Positions 39,301-48,091 of a DNA stretch of 64,000 nucleotides are shown piece by piece. The notes beneath the pieces were generated by a model. It saw nothing but the letters and a program-made list of their open reading frames with translations. It was not told the origin of the DNA and made no database searches. How positions within the stretch are numbered: position 1 is the stretch's first letter; the number at the start of each line of letters is the position of its first letter. Both the position numbers and the translations under genes were made by a program. The stretch is from Candidatus Multivoradales bacterium. GTDB taxonomy: Bacteria > Acidobacteriota > Thermoanaerobaculia > Multivoradales > J023. Where the stretch lies: positions 832,001 to 896,000 of the forward strand of contig CBDFLE010000006.1 of assembly GCA_965248925.1 (NCBI GenBank), in the 5' to 3' direction.

Positions 39301-39869
39301 CTCGACGGTGGATCGAGGTGCTCGGGCTGACCCAGGCCATCGGCCTCCTGCCGCAGCACTCGGGCGCCGAGTTCCAGCTCCCAGAACACCTCCAGACGGC
39401 GCCCCTGGGCGTCGTCGTCGAGCCCCACCAAACGCACCCGGTGAGCTGCCACCGGACCGCCGGAACGCGCCCCCGCAGTGGGTGGCACGACCTCTTCCAC
39501 CAGGTACTGGCGGTGCCGCACTCGCACCACGTCGCCCGCGCGCGGCACCTCTCCGGGCTCGATCTGCGGCTCGAAAATCGCCCGCGGCGCGCTACCCTCC
39601 TCACCCCTGGCGGTCAGCAGGCGCTTCGCCAAAGGTTGGCGGGCACGCCCCGAATCGTCGAGCCCAAAGGCCCGGCAAGCGGCCTTCAACTCATCCCGCC
39701 GCAGCGCCACGAGCAAGGCCGCGAAATCCAAGCCGCCGGCCCTTACCAACACCTCGACCTGCCGCTCCTTGCGAGCGCCGGCCGGCACCGAAACACCCGC
39801 CGCCCGCCCGAGTTCGATCAAGCGCTCCCGGGTCAGAACAGACAATAAAGATGAAGTGTCTGGATTCAC
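36309..39869 (-). CDS. drmD: DISARM SNF2-like helicase DrmD
   Basis: IADDVGLGKTIEAG, LDEAH, SATPHNGHSNSFSALLELLDPQRF, TDAAREGVNLQ, WNPARLEQRNGRIDRTLQ. Confidence 0.9.
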   Translation of the reverse strand: MNPDTSSLLSVLTRERLIELGRAAGVSVPAGARKERQVEVLVRAGGLDFAALLVALRRDELKAACRAFGLDDSGRARQPLAKRLLTARGEEGSAPRAIFEPQIEPGEVPRAGDVVRVRHRQYLVEEVVPPTAGARSGGPVAAHRVRLVGLDDDAQGRRLEVFWELELGARVLRQEADGLGQPEHLDPPSRFGAYLAALRWHSVTATEARLFQAPFRAGIKLMNHQLVPLERALRLPRANLFIADDVGLGKTIEAGLVLQELRLRQRVDFVLVICPASICLQWRDELWRRFGLYFEIMNRELVARRRQERGFGVIPWATHSRFIISHQLLRRPEYRDPLLAHLGERARKSLLILDEAHVAAPATATRYAVDSGITRVIRDVAPRFENRLFLSATPHNGHSNSFSALLELLDPQRFTRGVPVTAEQRDKVMVRRLKSDLKKLGGSQLPLRHVLRLELHHQDGGWHSLAFDSLLADQPPTRHPLGNGEPFEIDLARRLQTYAELAKPSRRAGRIALIRLQQRLLSSVEAFSRTLRLHAEHVARIAQSEAATHQLDLDSALAEDPAEVDSGTYGQDEEEIERQLDLRAAGAARHLSTSTEARRQLDEMVVLAERYRSTPDAKARELLRFIQQHLCPAASFGGVAEDAAAPDRRWADRRLIVFTEFAATLGFLQRLLSTAFEGSERGSERLAIFRGGMDDSHREALQRAFNGPPGDYPVRVLLATDAAREGVNLQGYCAHLFHYDVPWNPARLEQRNGRIDRTLQPAEDVYCHYFVYPQRPEDRLLDTLVRKVEVIQQEMGSLGTVILDQIESTLADGIDAHTAERLEEAEAAAGRRQVVLDELESQRQLRRLERQIDGAGKILNRSRETTGFRPELLRRVLDEALDLAGAEPLRPAGDGSYLLPELPESWQATVDTLRPPRERGQPQWEHRQQAPLPLVFEAPSRLRDDRVHMHLEHPLARRLLSRFLAQGFGSGDLSRVTALLDPQDARLHVVACARLTLFGRRASRLHDQLIQVAAVLAGTAAEEAAPELLEETAERRLVERLWRLLEERPSLDQLPERVRHRLLDRAAGTFAALWPRLREEADSLAHRAEGQLAARGKKEAAELRQLLQDQRRAIEKELQVQLAFEFTDAERAQRRQWQNDRQHMAERLQRIDREIADEPAELEDLYRVLKPRLEPVGLIYLWPASR

Positions 39870-40100
39870 AGCGGCGCAATTCTACCGCTAGAGTCAGGCA
39901 GGTGCGTCTTGGCTAGTAAATTAAGGCGGCGATCAGATACATCTGCCAGGTTCAGATCGAAACCAGCAGAGTCGATCCCCAGGCGAGGCGTGCTTGCCGT
40001 CACTCAGAGCGCCAGACAGGCACCCCATAGTAGTTGCGAGTCGATGACACGCAGTTGGCCTCGCAGAGGAGGTGCCCTCAGAGGGGGTGCCAGTCATCTC

Positions 40101-40787
40101 TCAGCTACCGCTGAAATCAAAACCGCGCTCGCGATGCCAGGCGGCGGGATCGGCAAAGTAGGCCTCGACCGAAAGCCGGTCCACATCCGTCAGGCGCCCG
40201 GCATCAAGCGCCACCGCCATCGCCGTCGCGCGGTCGGTGACCGCCGCCAGCCGCGCACCCCGCCCGGCGAGCAACTCGGCGCCGCCCTGCTGGCGATCGA
40301 ATAGCACAAGGGCCTCGGGAACAGTGGCTCCAACTTCCTCAAGAGCGTCGAGGAAGCCCAGCTTGCTGCCACCATCGGTGATCAGGTCCTCGACCAACAA
40401 CACCCGCGAGCCGGGCTCCAAATAACCCTCAACGCGGGTGCCAATGCCGTACCCCTTGGGCTTCTTGCGGACATAGACCAGGGGCTTGCCGACCGCTTGT
40501 GCCAAGACTGCGGCATAGGGAATCCCTGCCGTCTCGCCGCCCGCGATAGCGTCGATCTCAAAGCTCCGGGACTGCCACAGCCGCCGGGCCGACGCCAAGT
40601 AGAGCTGCAGGAAGGCCGGATCGGAAACAGCCCGCCGGCAATTGACGTAGATAGGGCTACGATTCCCCGAAGCGAGGGTGAAGGGCTGGTCTGAGTCGAC
40701 TCGCACAGCCTCCATCTCCCATAGGGCAAGAGCCGCAGCTTCGGAGAGTCGATCGAGAATCAGGTCGGGTGTAGGATGTTGGCTCAT
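40101..40787 (-). CDS. pyrE: Orotate phosphoribosyltransferase
   Basis: FTLASGNRSPIYVNCR, YVRKKPKGYG, VLLVEDLITDGGS PRPP-binding motif. Confidence 0.92.
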   Translation of the reverse strand: MSQHPTPDLILDRLSEAAALALWEMEAVRVDSDQPFTLASGNRSPIYVNCRRAVSDPAFLQLYLASARRLWQSRSFEIDAIAGGETAGIPYAAVLAQAVGKPLVYVRKKPKGYGIGTRVEGYLEPGSRVLLVEDLITDGGSKLGFLDALEEVGATVPEALVLFDRQQGGAELLAGRGARLAAVTDRATAMAVALDAGRLTDVDRLSVEAYFADPAAWHRERGFDFSGS

Positions 40788-40836
40788 TGGGACAGCGGAT
40801 CATATAGCGGATTCGACTCGATCGCATATGCTGTTG

Positions 40837-40845
40837 TGCTATAGT
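40837..40845 (+). promoter_or_regulatory. Possible extended -10 promoter (TGCTATAGT) for the TPR gene
   Basis: TGn-TATAGT in the divergent pyrE/TPR intergenic region. Confidence 0.3.
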
Positions 40846-40903
40846 CCTGCTCACTCAAGACTGCGGAACGTTGGGACCAACACCCTGGGAACCTGAATTC
40901 ACC

Positions 40904-41833
40904 ATGACGATTGACGCTTACCAACGGGAATACGAGAGGCTTCGCCTCTCAAGCATCGAGCAGATGGCGCAAGGTCGGGCTAAGGTGGCGGAGCAGACCT
41001 GCCGCCAAGCCCTCTCACTGGCCCAAGATCATAGGAATCAGGATCTCGCAGACCTCGCCATCTGCAACCTAAGCTATGTGCTCATTGAGCAGCATCGGGG
41101 GCATGAGACGGTAGGGCAGCTGCAACAGATTCTGATGCGCAGTAGTTGTCCCCGCAACAAGCATCTGGCCGCCTACAACATCTCCCTCTACTACGATCAG
41201 GCCAAGACTTACGCCAAGGGTCTTCGCTATGCGCGTCTCGCTCTGCAACACGCTCAACAACTTGACGTGGAAGAGTTGATCGCCCGAAGTCACAACCTCT
41301 TGGCCAACGCTTTGCTGATCGAGAGCTATTTTGACGAAGCTAGGACTCACTACCAGCAAGCCTTGGCTCACACTCTTTCGAGCCCTGCTGAAACTAATCA
41401 GCAGTTGCTCCATGAGAGAGGCTACATCCTGGCCAATTTGGGCTACTGCAATCTGTCCATCGGTGAGTTCGAACTCGGGTTCAGCCACTTGTTCCAATGC
41501 CTCAAAATGTCTCGGCGGATGAAACCACGGTGCGAGTCCATGGTTGGCCGAACCCATCTCAGCCTTTGCTACGGGTATCTGGAGATAGCTCGATTCCGTC
41601 GTGCCCGTCAACACGGTCAAACAGCGATGGAATGCGCTAGCGGGGCAAAGGATCAAGAAGCCCTGATGAAAGCGCTCTACCTGCTTGGGGAGACTGAGAA
41701 GCTGGCGGGCAACGACCAGCTAGCTTTCGAGTATTTCGACCAGCTCCAGCAAGACTTCCATCCTGAGAATCCGGCGCTGCCGGACCTGCTGATGGCGACC
41801 GACGCACGCAAACTGATCAATCTGATGGTCTGA
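40904..41833 (+). CDS. Tetratricopeptide-repeat protein
   Basis: Repeated helical units such as ARSHNLLANAL..YFDEARTHYQQAL and LANLGYCNLSIGEF. Confidence 0.75.
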   Translation: MTIDAYQREYERLRLSSIEQMAQGRAKVAEQTCRQALSLAQDHRNQDLADLAICNLSYVLIEQHRGHETVGQLQQILMRSSCPRNKHLAAYNISLYYDQAKTYAKGLRYARLALQHAQQLDVEELIARSHNLLANALLIESYFDEARTHYQQALAHTLSSPAETNQQLLHERGYILANLGYCNLSIGEFELGFSHLFQCLKMSRRMKPRCESMVGRTHLSLCYGYLEIARFRRARQHGQTAMECASGAKDQEALMKALYLLGETEKLAGNDQLAFEYFDQLQQDFHPENPALPDLLMATDARKLINLMV

Positions 41834-41835
41834 CA

Positions 41836-43251
41836 ATGAGCAACAAGACAATTTCGCTAGTCGTCCTATTCTCGGTTCTGATCTCCGGTCCACTGACCGC
41901 CGAGACTCAACCAACGCAGTCCTTGCTCGGGGCCAGTGGGCAGGTCTACGAGATTTATTCGGGCACCTTCGGCGAGCTGTTCCCAGGCGACCACAGTCGA
42001 GATCCTGATTTCCCAGTGCTAGCACTCGACACCCTCATCCCAGGAAGCACCGCCAGACGCCTTCTGGTACCGAGCACCGGCAGCTCGGTGCTCGAGTCTG
42101 CCCCAAGGCTGATCTACGACCGCGCTTCTGACCAGCTAAACGTGGTCTGGAACGCCGTCCGGCCAAGTGGCGAGCTACGTATCCACCTGACTAGCTATAG
42201 CGAGGGAGGCTGGGGAGCCGAAGTGCTTGAGCTCTATCGCAGCAGTAGCAGCCAGATCAGCGAACCGCAGGTGGCCCTGACCCGCGACGCTTACAACCTG
42301 TCCGCTGGCGAAGGCCAGGTGTTGAGCGCGGAGCGCGCCACCCTGCACCTTTTGTGGCAAGAGCGCGATGACAATTCGGTGGCGGTCAAGTACATGCCAG
42401 TGCTACTGGTTGCTGGCGACTACATCGGTTGGAGCGAAACCTTCGTCCTTGGTTTCAGCTCAACAGTCCTGCAAGCACCGGAGAACATCGATGGCCAAGG
42501 CGAGCCAGTAACATTTTCCGCTTTTCCTCACTTGTCGACTTCAAGTCGCTCAGGCGGCATTATCGTCAGCTTTTTCGACAGCGACTCTCTGAGTCTCAAG
42601 ACTCTTGATATCGGTATCCTGCCTCTAGAGTTGGTCTATCTCAGCGACGAGATCCAAGAGCAAGTACTCAATCTCGGCTCGGACTGGGTTGGGGGAGGCG
42701 ACATCAGTTCGTTCGCCGACGTGATGCGTCTCCAGATCATCGGTATGGGTAGCATCTATGGCTTCCACCCGGCGGTGATCGACTACGTTGCTGAACAGGT
42801 CCACGCCCACCTACTCGACGTAGGAGACGGCTACAGCGATATCGAGCACCTGTCCAGCGATCTACGGGACTACACCATCGACTTGACCACCTCGCTGTTT
42901 GGCACCGACCTGAGTTCGCCGGAGGCTGATGACGGTTCGGAGATCATCGAAATCGACTTGAGCGACCTACCCCTCGGCGATGAAGGCAATCAGCCGGCGC
43001 AGATCCTCGACCTCAAGGTGGCTTCGGAAGTGCCGCTGCCGACGATAGCGGGCGGCAACTCCAGCATCTACACCTCGCCGACAGGAGATGAGCTAATTGT
43101 CGCCTGGAGCGAGAGCGACCAGGCAGGGGAATGGCTGGTCTATGTCGAGTACACCGCCGCCGATGGCTGGGGCGAGCCCTTCAGCTTGGAGCTTGGCGAG
43201 CGCCTCGACCTGGACCGCGCCCACCAGCTGCTGGCGGCCCGACTGCGCTAA
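41836..43251 (+). CDS. Secreted acidic hypothetical protein
   Basis: Signal peptide; 2 nt downstream of the TPR gene; followed by a terminator. Confidence 0.7.
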   Translation: MSNKTISLVVLFSVLISGPLTAETQPTQSLLGASGQVYEIYSGTFGELFPGDHSRDPDFPVLALDTLIPGSTARRLLVPSTGSSVLESAPRLIYDRASDQLNVVWNAVRPSGELRIHLTSYSEGGWGAEVLELYRSSSSQISEPQVALTRDAYNLSAGEGQVLSAERATLHLLWQERDDNSVAVKYMPVLLVAGDYIGWSETFVLGFSSTVLQAPENIDGQGEPVTFSAFPHLSTSSRSGGIIVSFFDSDSLSLKTLDIGILPLELVYLSDEIQEQVLNLGSDWVGGGDISSFADVMRLQIIGMGSIYGFHPAVIDYVAEQVHAHLLDVGDGYSDIEHLSSDLRDYTIDLTTSLFGTDLSSPEADDGSEIIEIDLSDLPLGDEGNQPAQILDLKVASEVPLPTIAGGNSSIYTSPTGDELIVAWSESDQAGEWLVYVEYTAADGWGEPFSLELGERLDLDRAHQLLAARLR

Positions 43252-43283
43252 CTAAACGGTAGAGACCCGCGCCGCGAGCCTTC

Positions 43284-43309
43284 AAAGCCCTCCGACAGGA
43301 GGGCTTTTT
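43284..43309 (+). terminator. Rho-independent terminator
   Basis: AAAGCCCTCC-GACA-GGAGGGCTTT followed by TT. Confidence 0.85.
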
Positions 43310-43386
43310 GCTTTCTGGATGCCGCCGCGCCAACAACGGTCGAGCTACCCTACTGTGCTAGTCTGCGCACCGGCGGAGGACCCAGA

Positions 43387-44343
43387 ATGGCCCATAAGAC
43401 CTTGTGCATCACCGGCGGCGCCGGCTTTATCGGCTCCCATCTGAGCGACGCTTTTCTCGCCGCCGGACATCGTGTGCTGGTGATCGACGACCTGTCGGGC
43501 GGCTGTCAGGACAATCTGCCGGCGGCCGCCGAATTCCACCAGCTGGACATCCGCGGCACCGAGGCCGCCGAGTTGGTCGCCCAGAGCGGCATCGACGTGC
43601 TGGTACATCATGCCGCGCAGATGGATGTGCGGCGCTCGGTCGCCGATCCTTCGTTCGATGCCGATGTCAATATCCGCGGCACTCTCAACCTGCTCGAAGC
43701 GGCGCGACGTGGTGGCGTCCAACAGGTGCTGTTCGCCTCGACCGGCGGTGCTATCTACGGCGAACAAGACTTCTTCCCGGCCACCGAGGACCACCCGCTG
43801 CGACCGGTGTCACCCTACGGCGTCGCCAAACTGGCGGTGGAACGCTACCTGTTCTACTACCACGCGGCCTACGGCCTCAACGCTACCTGCCTGCGCTATG
43901 CCAACGTCTACGGCGAACGGCAGAACCCCCACGGTGAAGCTGGAGTAGTAGCGATCTTTCTCGGCAAGCTGCTGCGGGGTGAGGCGCCGGTGATCAATGG
44001 CGACGGCTTGCAGACCCGCGACTATGTCCACGTCGGCGACGTGGCGCGAGCCAATCTGGCGGCCCTCGGCCGTCCCGGCTTCCACATCTACAACGTCGGC
44101 ACCGGCCTGGAGACTTCGGTGGTGGAGCTCTACCTCGGCATTGCCCGCGCTCTGGGCAGCGATGTCGAAGCCGGCTTCGGTCCGGGCATGAGCGGCGAGC
44201 AGCGGCGCTCGGTGATCGATTCCGGTCGCTTGCGGCAGGAACTCGGCACCGCCGCCCCAGCCGCTCTTGACAGTGGCTTGCGGCATACCGCCGAGTGGTT
44301 TCTCAAGCGGCACCAGGACTCTCTGGCGACGACCTCGGGCTAA
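43387..44343 (+). CDS. NAD-dependent epimerase/dehydratase (UDP-glucose 4-epimerase-like)
   Basis: ITGGAGFIGSH, STGGAIYG, YGVAK (YxxxK), LRYANVYG. Confidence 0.92.
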   Translation: MAHKTLCITGGAGFIGSHLSDAFLAAGHRVLVIDDLSGGCQDNLPAAAEFHQLDIRGTEAAELVAQSGIDVLVHHAAQMDVRRSVADPSFDADVNIRGTLNLLEAARRGGVQQVLFASTGGAIYGEQDFFPATEDHPLRPVSPYGVAKLAVERYLFYYHAAYGLNATCLRYANVYGERQNPHGEAGVVAIFLGKLLRGEAPVINGDGLQTRDYVHVGDVARANLAALGRPGFHIYNVGTGLETSVVELYLGIARALGSDVEAGFGPGMSGEQRRSVIDSGRLRQELGTAAPAALDSGLRHTAEWFLKRHQDSLATTSG

Positions 44344-44351
44344 GCTCGACA

Positions 44352-45509
44352 ATGCCCCGCTTTCCCGCCACCGTCGCTGGCCTCGAGCAAGTCGGCGGCT
44401 CGGTCTATTCGCGACTCGGCGAACGCGCCCGACAAGCCGCAGAGTTCTGTCCGCTCCATATCGGCGACACCTGGCTGCAACCGCCGCCGGGCTGCCACAT
44501 GCAGGATTTGAAGACCGCCGAGCACCCCGGCCTAAGCCGCTACACCACGCCCCAGGGAATGCTCGAGCTGCGCCAACGAATCGCCGAACGGGTTGAGCGC
44601 CGTAGCAGCGTCGCCACTTGCGCCGAGCAAATATTGATCAGTACTGGTGCCACCGGTGGCTTGGCGACCGCCATCGGCGCCCTGGTGGAGCCCGGAGACG
44701 AGGTGCTGGTCCTGGCCCCATATTGGCCGCTGATCAGCGGCATCGTGCGCTCCTTCCATGGTCGCCCGATCGACGTACCCGTCCACACCGGCGAGGCCCA
44801 GACCCTCGACGAGATCTTGGCCACGCTCACCAACAAGCTGAGTGAACGCAGCGTAGCGCTCTATCTCAACTCCCCTAACAACCCCACCGGACGAGTGCTC
44901 TCGCGATCTTTCTTGAGCGCCTTGGCAGAGTGGGCGCGACAGCATGATCTCTGGTTACTCGCCGACGAGGTTTACGAGGACTACGTCTACCAAGGCGAGC
45001 ACGTCGCCTGCCGCTCTCTCGCCCCTGAGCGCACCATTGCTGCCCACTCCTTCTCTAAAGCCTATGGCATGACCGGCAACCGCTGCGGTTACATGGTGGC
45101 TCCGCTCGAGGTGATCAGCGGTCTTTGCAAGGTCGGCACTCACACTTTCTATAGCACCCCGACTGCTTCGCAGTTCGCCTCCCTTGCCGCCCTCGGCCCG
45201 GACGGCGACCGCTGGCTAGCAACCACCCGGAAGAAATACCAACGGCTCGCCGAGACCACTGCCGAGTTGCTCGGGGTCGAGGCGCCGGCTGGCGGCACTT
45301 TCCTCTTTCTGAATGTTGCGGCCAGACTCGGCCCGGACGGCCTTTCAGGCTTGCTCGAAGACTGCGCCAGCCAGGGCTTGCTGCTAGCGCCGGGGAGCAG
45401 CTTCGGCCCCTATCCTGAGCATCTTCGGCTCTGTTTCACCGCTGCTGAACCGGAGCTAACCTTGCGCGGCGTGCGGCGCCTGGCGGCACTGCTCCAAACC
45501 CATCCGTAG
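44352..45509 (+). CDS. PLP-dependent aminotransferase class I/II
   Basis: NSPNNPTG, ADEVY, SFSKAYGMTGNRCGY. Confidence 0.9.
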   Translation: MPRFPATVAGLEQVGGSVYSRLGERARQAAEFCPLHIGDTWLQPPPGCHMQDLKTAEHPGLSRYTTPQGMLELRQRIAERVERRSSVATCAEQILISTGATGGLATAIGALVEPGDEVLVLAPYWPLISGIVRSFHGRPIDVPVHTGEAQTLDEILATLTNKLSERSVALYLNSPNNPTGRVLSRSFLSALAEWARQHDLWLLADEVYEDYVYQGEHVACRSLAPERTIAAHSFSKAYGMTGNRCGYMVAPLEVISGLCKVGTHTFYSTPTASQFASLAALGPDGDRWLATTRKKYQRLAETTAELLGVEAPAGGTFLFLNVAARLGPDGLSGLLEDCASQGLLLAPGSSFGPYPEHLRLCFTAAEPELTLRGVRRLAALLQTHP

Positions 45510-45589
45510 GACGAACTCCACCGCCCAGTGGACTGCCGCAGGTCTGATCTGACCCTGCTTCCGTATCTTAAAAGAATCTTCACAGGAGC

Positions 45590-45771
45590 TGCGGATATCT
45601 CTGTGGAAAAGGCTTCGGATAAAGCCGTTAAAACCCTATTTTCCAGCTTCGAACACAGTTTGCACAGAGTTCTGTGCAAATCAACCTAACCCCTTCTTTT
45701 AGAGCAATTAGCTAAGATCAGCCGAGTCTGAGAAAAAGCCGATGGCGGAAGGGCGGCGGTAGTTTTCCACA
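45590..45771. promoter_or_regulatory. Cluster of DnaA-box-like motifs in an AT-richer intergenic region
   Basis: TTTTCCACA (45763-45771) and its reverse TGTGGAAAA (45602-45610); near-matches at 45658-45666 and 45673-45681. Confidence 0.5.
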
Positions 45772-45802
45772 GCGCTGGAGGCTCGTTCTTCCTCAAGGCG
45801 GC

Positions 45803-46381
45803 CTAAGCCCTTGGATTGGCTAGGTTTTCGAGCTTCTTGAGCAGGGCGCGCCAAGCTCTACCACGATGGCCAAGGCGTTCTTTTTCAACCTCTCGAAGCT
45901 CGGCGTAGGTCTTGTCTGACGCCGCGGGAACGAACACCGGGTCCCATCCGAAACCTCGATCGCCCCGCGGCTCGACCACCAAACGACCCGCCACCGCTCC
46001 TTCGGCGATGACCGTTTGGTGGCCATCGCGATAGAGCAACGCGGTGCGGGCGGTGGCCGCTTGGTTGCCCAGGCTGGCCGCGGTGCGGGCCATGCCGGCC
46101 GGGCCGATCGCCTGCAACATCCACTTCACCAGGGGACCGGGAAATCCACCGAGGGCATCGAGTTCGAGACCAGTCTCTTCCACCACCAAGGGCCGCTCGA
46201 GCCGCCGCCAGGCCTCCTCAGCCTTGGCCCGCAGGACTTCGCCTAAGTCCAAAGACTGAATCTCTGGCAGATCGATGTCGGCATGCTCGGGAGTAAAGCC
46301 CAACACCTGCTCAGCCTCGCGCAATTTGCCACGATTGCCGGTGACCAAGACGAAACTTGGCAGCTTGAACGTGCCGCTCAA
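45803..46381 (-). CDS. rdgB: Non-canonical purine NTP pyrophosphatase (Ham1/RdgB family)
   Basis: VTGNRGKLRE, LGGFPGPLVK, GFGWDPVF, HRGRA. Confidence 0.88.
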   Translation of the reverse strand: MSGTFKLPSFVLVTGNRGKLREAEQVLGFTPEHADIDLPEIQSLDLGEVLRAKAEEAWRRLERPLVVEETGLELDALGGFPGPLVKWMLQAIGPAGMARTAASLGNQAATARTALLYRDGHQTVIAEGAVAGRLVVEPRGDRGFGWDPVFVPAASDKTYAELREVEKERLGHRGRAWRALLKKLENLANPRA

Positions 46382-48042
46382 TCCGCCACCACCCGAAAGG
46401 CGGCGATCGGTTGGCTGAGGCCCTTGAGGCGCAGCTCACCCAGAGGCTCGGTGGCGATCTCGCCGCCGAGCAAGCGGTGGGTTTCGCCGCCGATCACCAC
46501 CTGCCCCGCCTTGCTGACGGTTTCTTCCAATCGAGCCGCGATGTTGACTGTGTTGCCCAACACAGTGTAATCCACCCGGCGCTGACTGCCGATATCGCCG
46601 ACCACCACCGGGCCGCTGTTGAGACCGATGCGCACTTCGATCGAGGGCAGCCCTTGTTGCGCTCGGACTCCATTCCAACGACCGATGGCTCGCTGAATGG
46701 CGATCGCCGAGCGCACCGCCCGAGTGGCGTGATCGCTCTGCCACATCGGCGCGCCGAAGAAGGCCATTACCCCGTCGCCGATGAATTTGTCGAGAGTACC
46801 GCCGTTGGCGAAAATCGCCTCGACCGCATGGGTGAAATAGCCTTCGAGCACCTCGGCTACCGCCTCCGGCTCGGCCAGTTCTGAGAAAGCGGTAAAGCCC
46901 ACCAGATCGCAGAACATCACCGTCACCTCGGTGCGCCGCAGTCGCCGCACGCCGCTCTCACCAGCCTCGTCACCACGCATGACTTCTTCCAACACCGCGG
47001 GCGAGTGGTAACGCTCCATGCGGCTGCGCACCACCCGTTCACGCTCCACTTGCTCACCGTTGCGGATGCGCTCGATAGCCACCGCGCAGTAGTTAGCCAG
47101 GGCGGTCAGCAGGTCGACATCCTGTTCGGTAAAACTGCCCGTATGGTGCTGGCTATCGACCTGGAGGACACCGATGATGCGCTCTCCCGACCACAGCGGG
47201 GCGCACATCGCGGCGCGGATTTGGTGGATCCGCACCGACTCATTGCCGGCTAAGCGATCGTCGGTCAGCGCATCGTAGGTCAGCAGCGCCACTCGCTGCT
47301 CCATGACCGCCTCGAGAATACTGCTCGACAGGGGTACTCGCCGCTGCGGCCTGAACTCGACCCGGTCCAGCTGGCGCGCCAGCTCACAGCGTAACTCGCC
47401 TGAATCCGCGTCCCGCAGCAGCATGAAGCCGCGATCCACCGGCAGCGCCTCGAAAGCGATCTCGGTGACCCGCTGCAGCACTTCGTCCACCGATTCGGCG
47501 TCGATCAACAGCCGCGCCAGGCGGGTCAAGAAGCCGAAGACCTGGCTCGAATACGCCTGATCGAGGGCCTCCCGTTTTCGCTTGATGCGGTGCGACGCGG
47601 TCACCGGCCGATTCTCGGGGTCGAGCCCGTAAGCGGCGCTGAATTGCTCCAACGGTCGAACGATCGTGGCGTTTGACAGGGCTGCCCTAGCGGCCAACGC
47701 ACTTGCACTGACCGGCTTCGTCGAGGGGTCCGTCGAGAGGGTCGGAGGTGCGGCTTCCAACTTCTCTTCGACCCGCACCTTGAAGATGCCGATTTGCAAC
47801 TCATCGCCGGGTCGAACCGTAGCGCTGTCGACCCGAGTGCCGTTGAGCAGCACGCCATTGGTGCTAGCTTGATCGACCACTCGCCAACTATTGTGGTCGC
47901 GGCGCAGCGAACAGTGGCGGCGGGAAACCGAGAAGTCACTCAGCACTACATCGTTGCCGCTCCCCCGACCCAGGCGCACCTCGCCCCCGGCCAGCGGTGC
48001 CGACCGTTCCTCCCCCTCCACGGTGTAGCGCAAGAGCAGCAT
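46378..48042 (-). CDS. FHA-GAF-adenylate/guanylate cyclase
   Basis: FHA (LGRGSGND...VSRRH...STNG), GAF (AMCAPL...IGVLQVD), cyclase (FCDLVGFT, DKFIGDG, GNTVNIAARLE). Confidence 0.92.
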   Translation of the reverse strand: MLLLRYTVEGEERSAPLAGGEVRLGRGSGNDVVLSDFSVSRRHCSLRRDHNSWRVVDQASTNGVLLNGTRVDSATVRPGDELQIGIFKVRVEEKLEAAPPTLSTDPSTKPVSASALAARAALSNATIVRPLEQFSAAYGLDPENRPVTASHRIKRKREALDQAYSSQVFGFLTRLARLLIDAESVDEVLQRVTEIAFEALPVDRGFMLLRDADSGELRCELARQLDRVEFRPQRRVPLSSSILEAVMEQRVALLTYDALTDDRLAGNESVRIHQIRAAMCAPLWSGERIIGVLQVDSQHHTGSFTEQDVDLLTALANYCAVAIERIRNGEQVERERVVRSRMERYHSPAVLEEVMRGDEAGESGVRRLRRTEVTVMFCDLVGFTAFSELAEPEAVAEVLEGYFTHAVEAIFANGGTLDKFIGDGVMAFFGAPMWQSDHATRAVRSAIAIQRAIGRWNGVRAQQGLPSIEVRIGLNSGPVVVGDIGSQRRVDYTVLGNTVNIAARLEETVSKAGQVVIGGETHRLLGGEIATEPLGELRLKGLSQPIAAFRVVAD

Positions 48043-48091
48043 TGTGTCCCCCAAAGGTTGTTTGGACGCCGTCTCCTAGAGGTGCAGCCCG

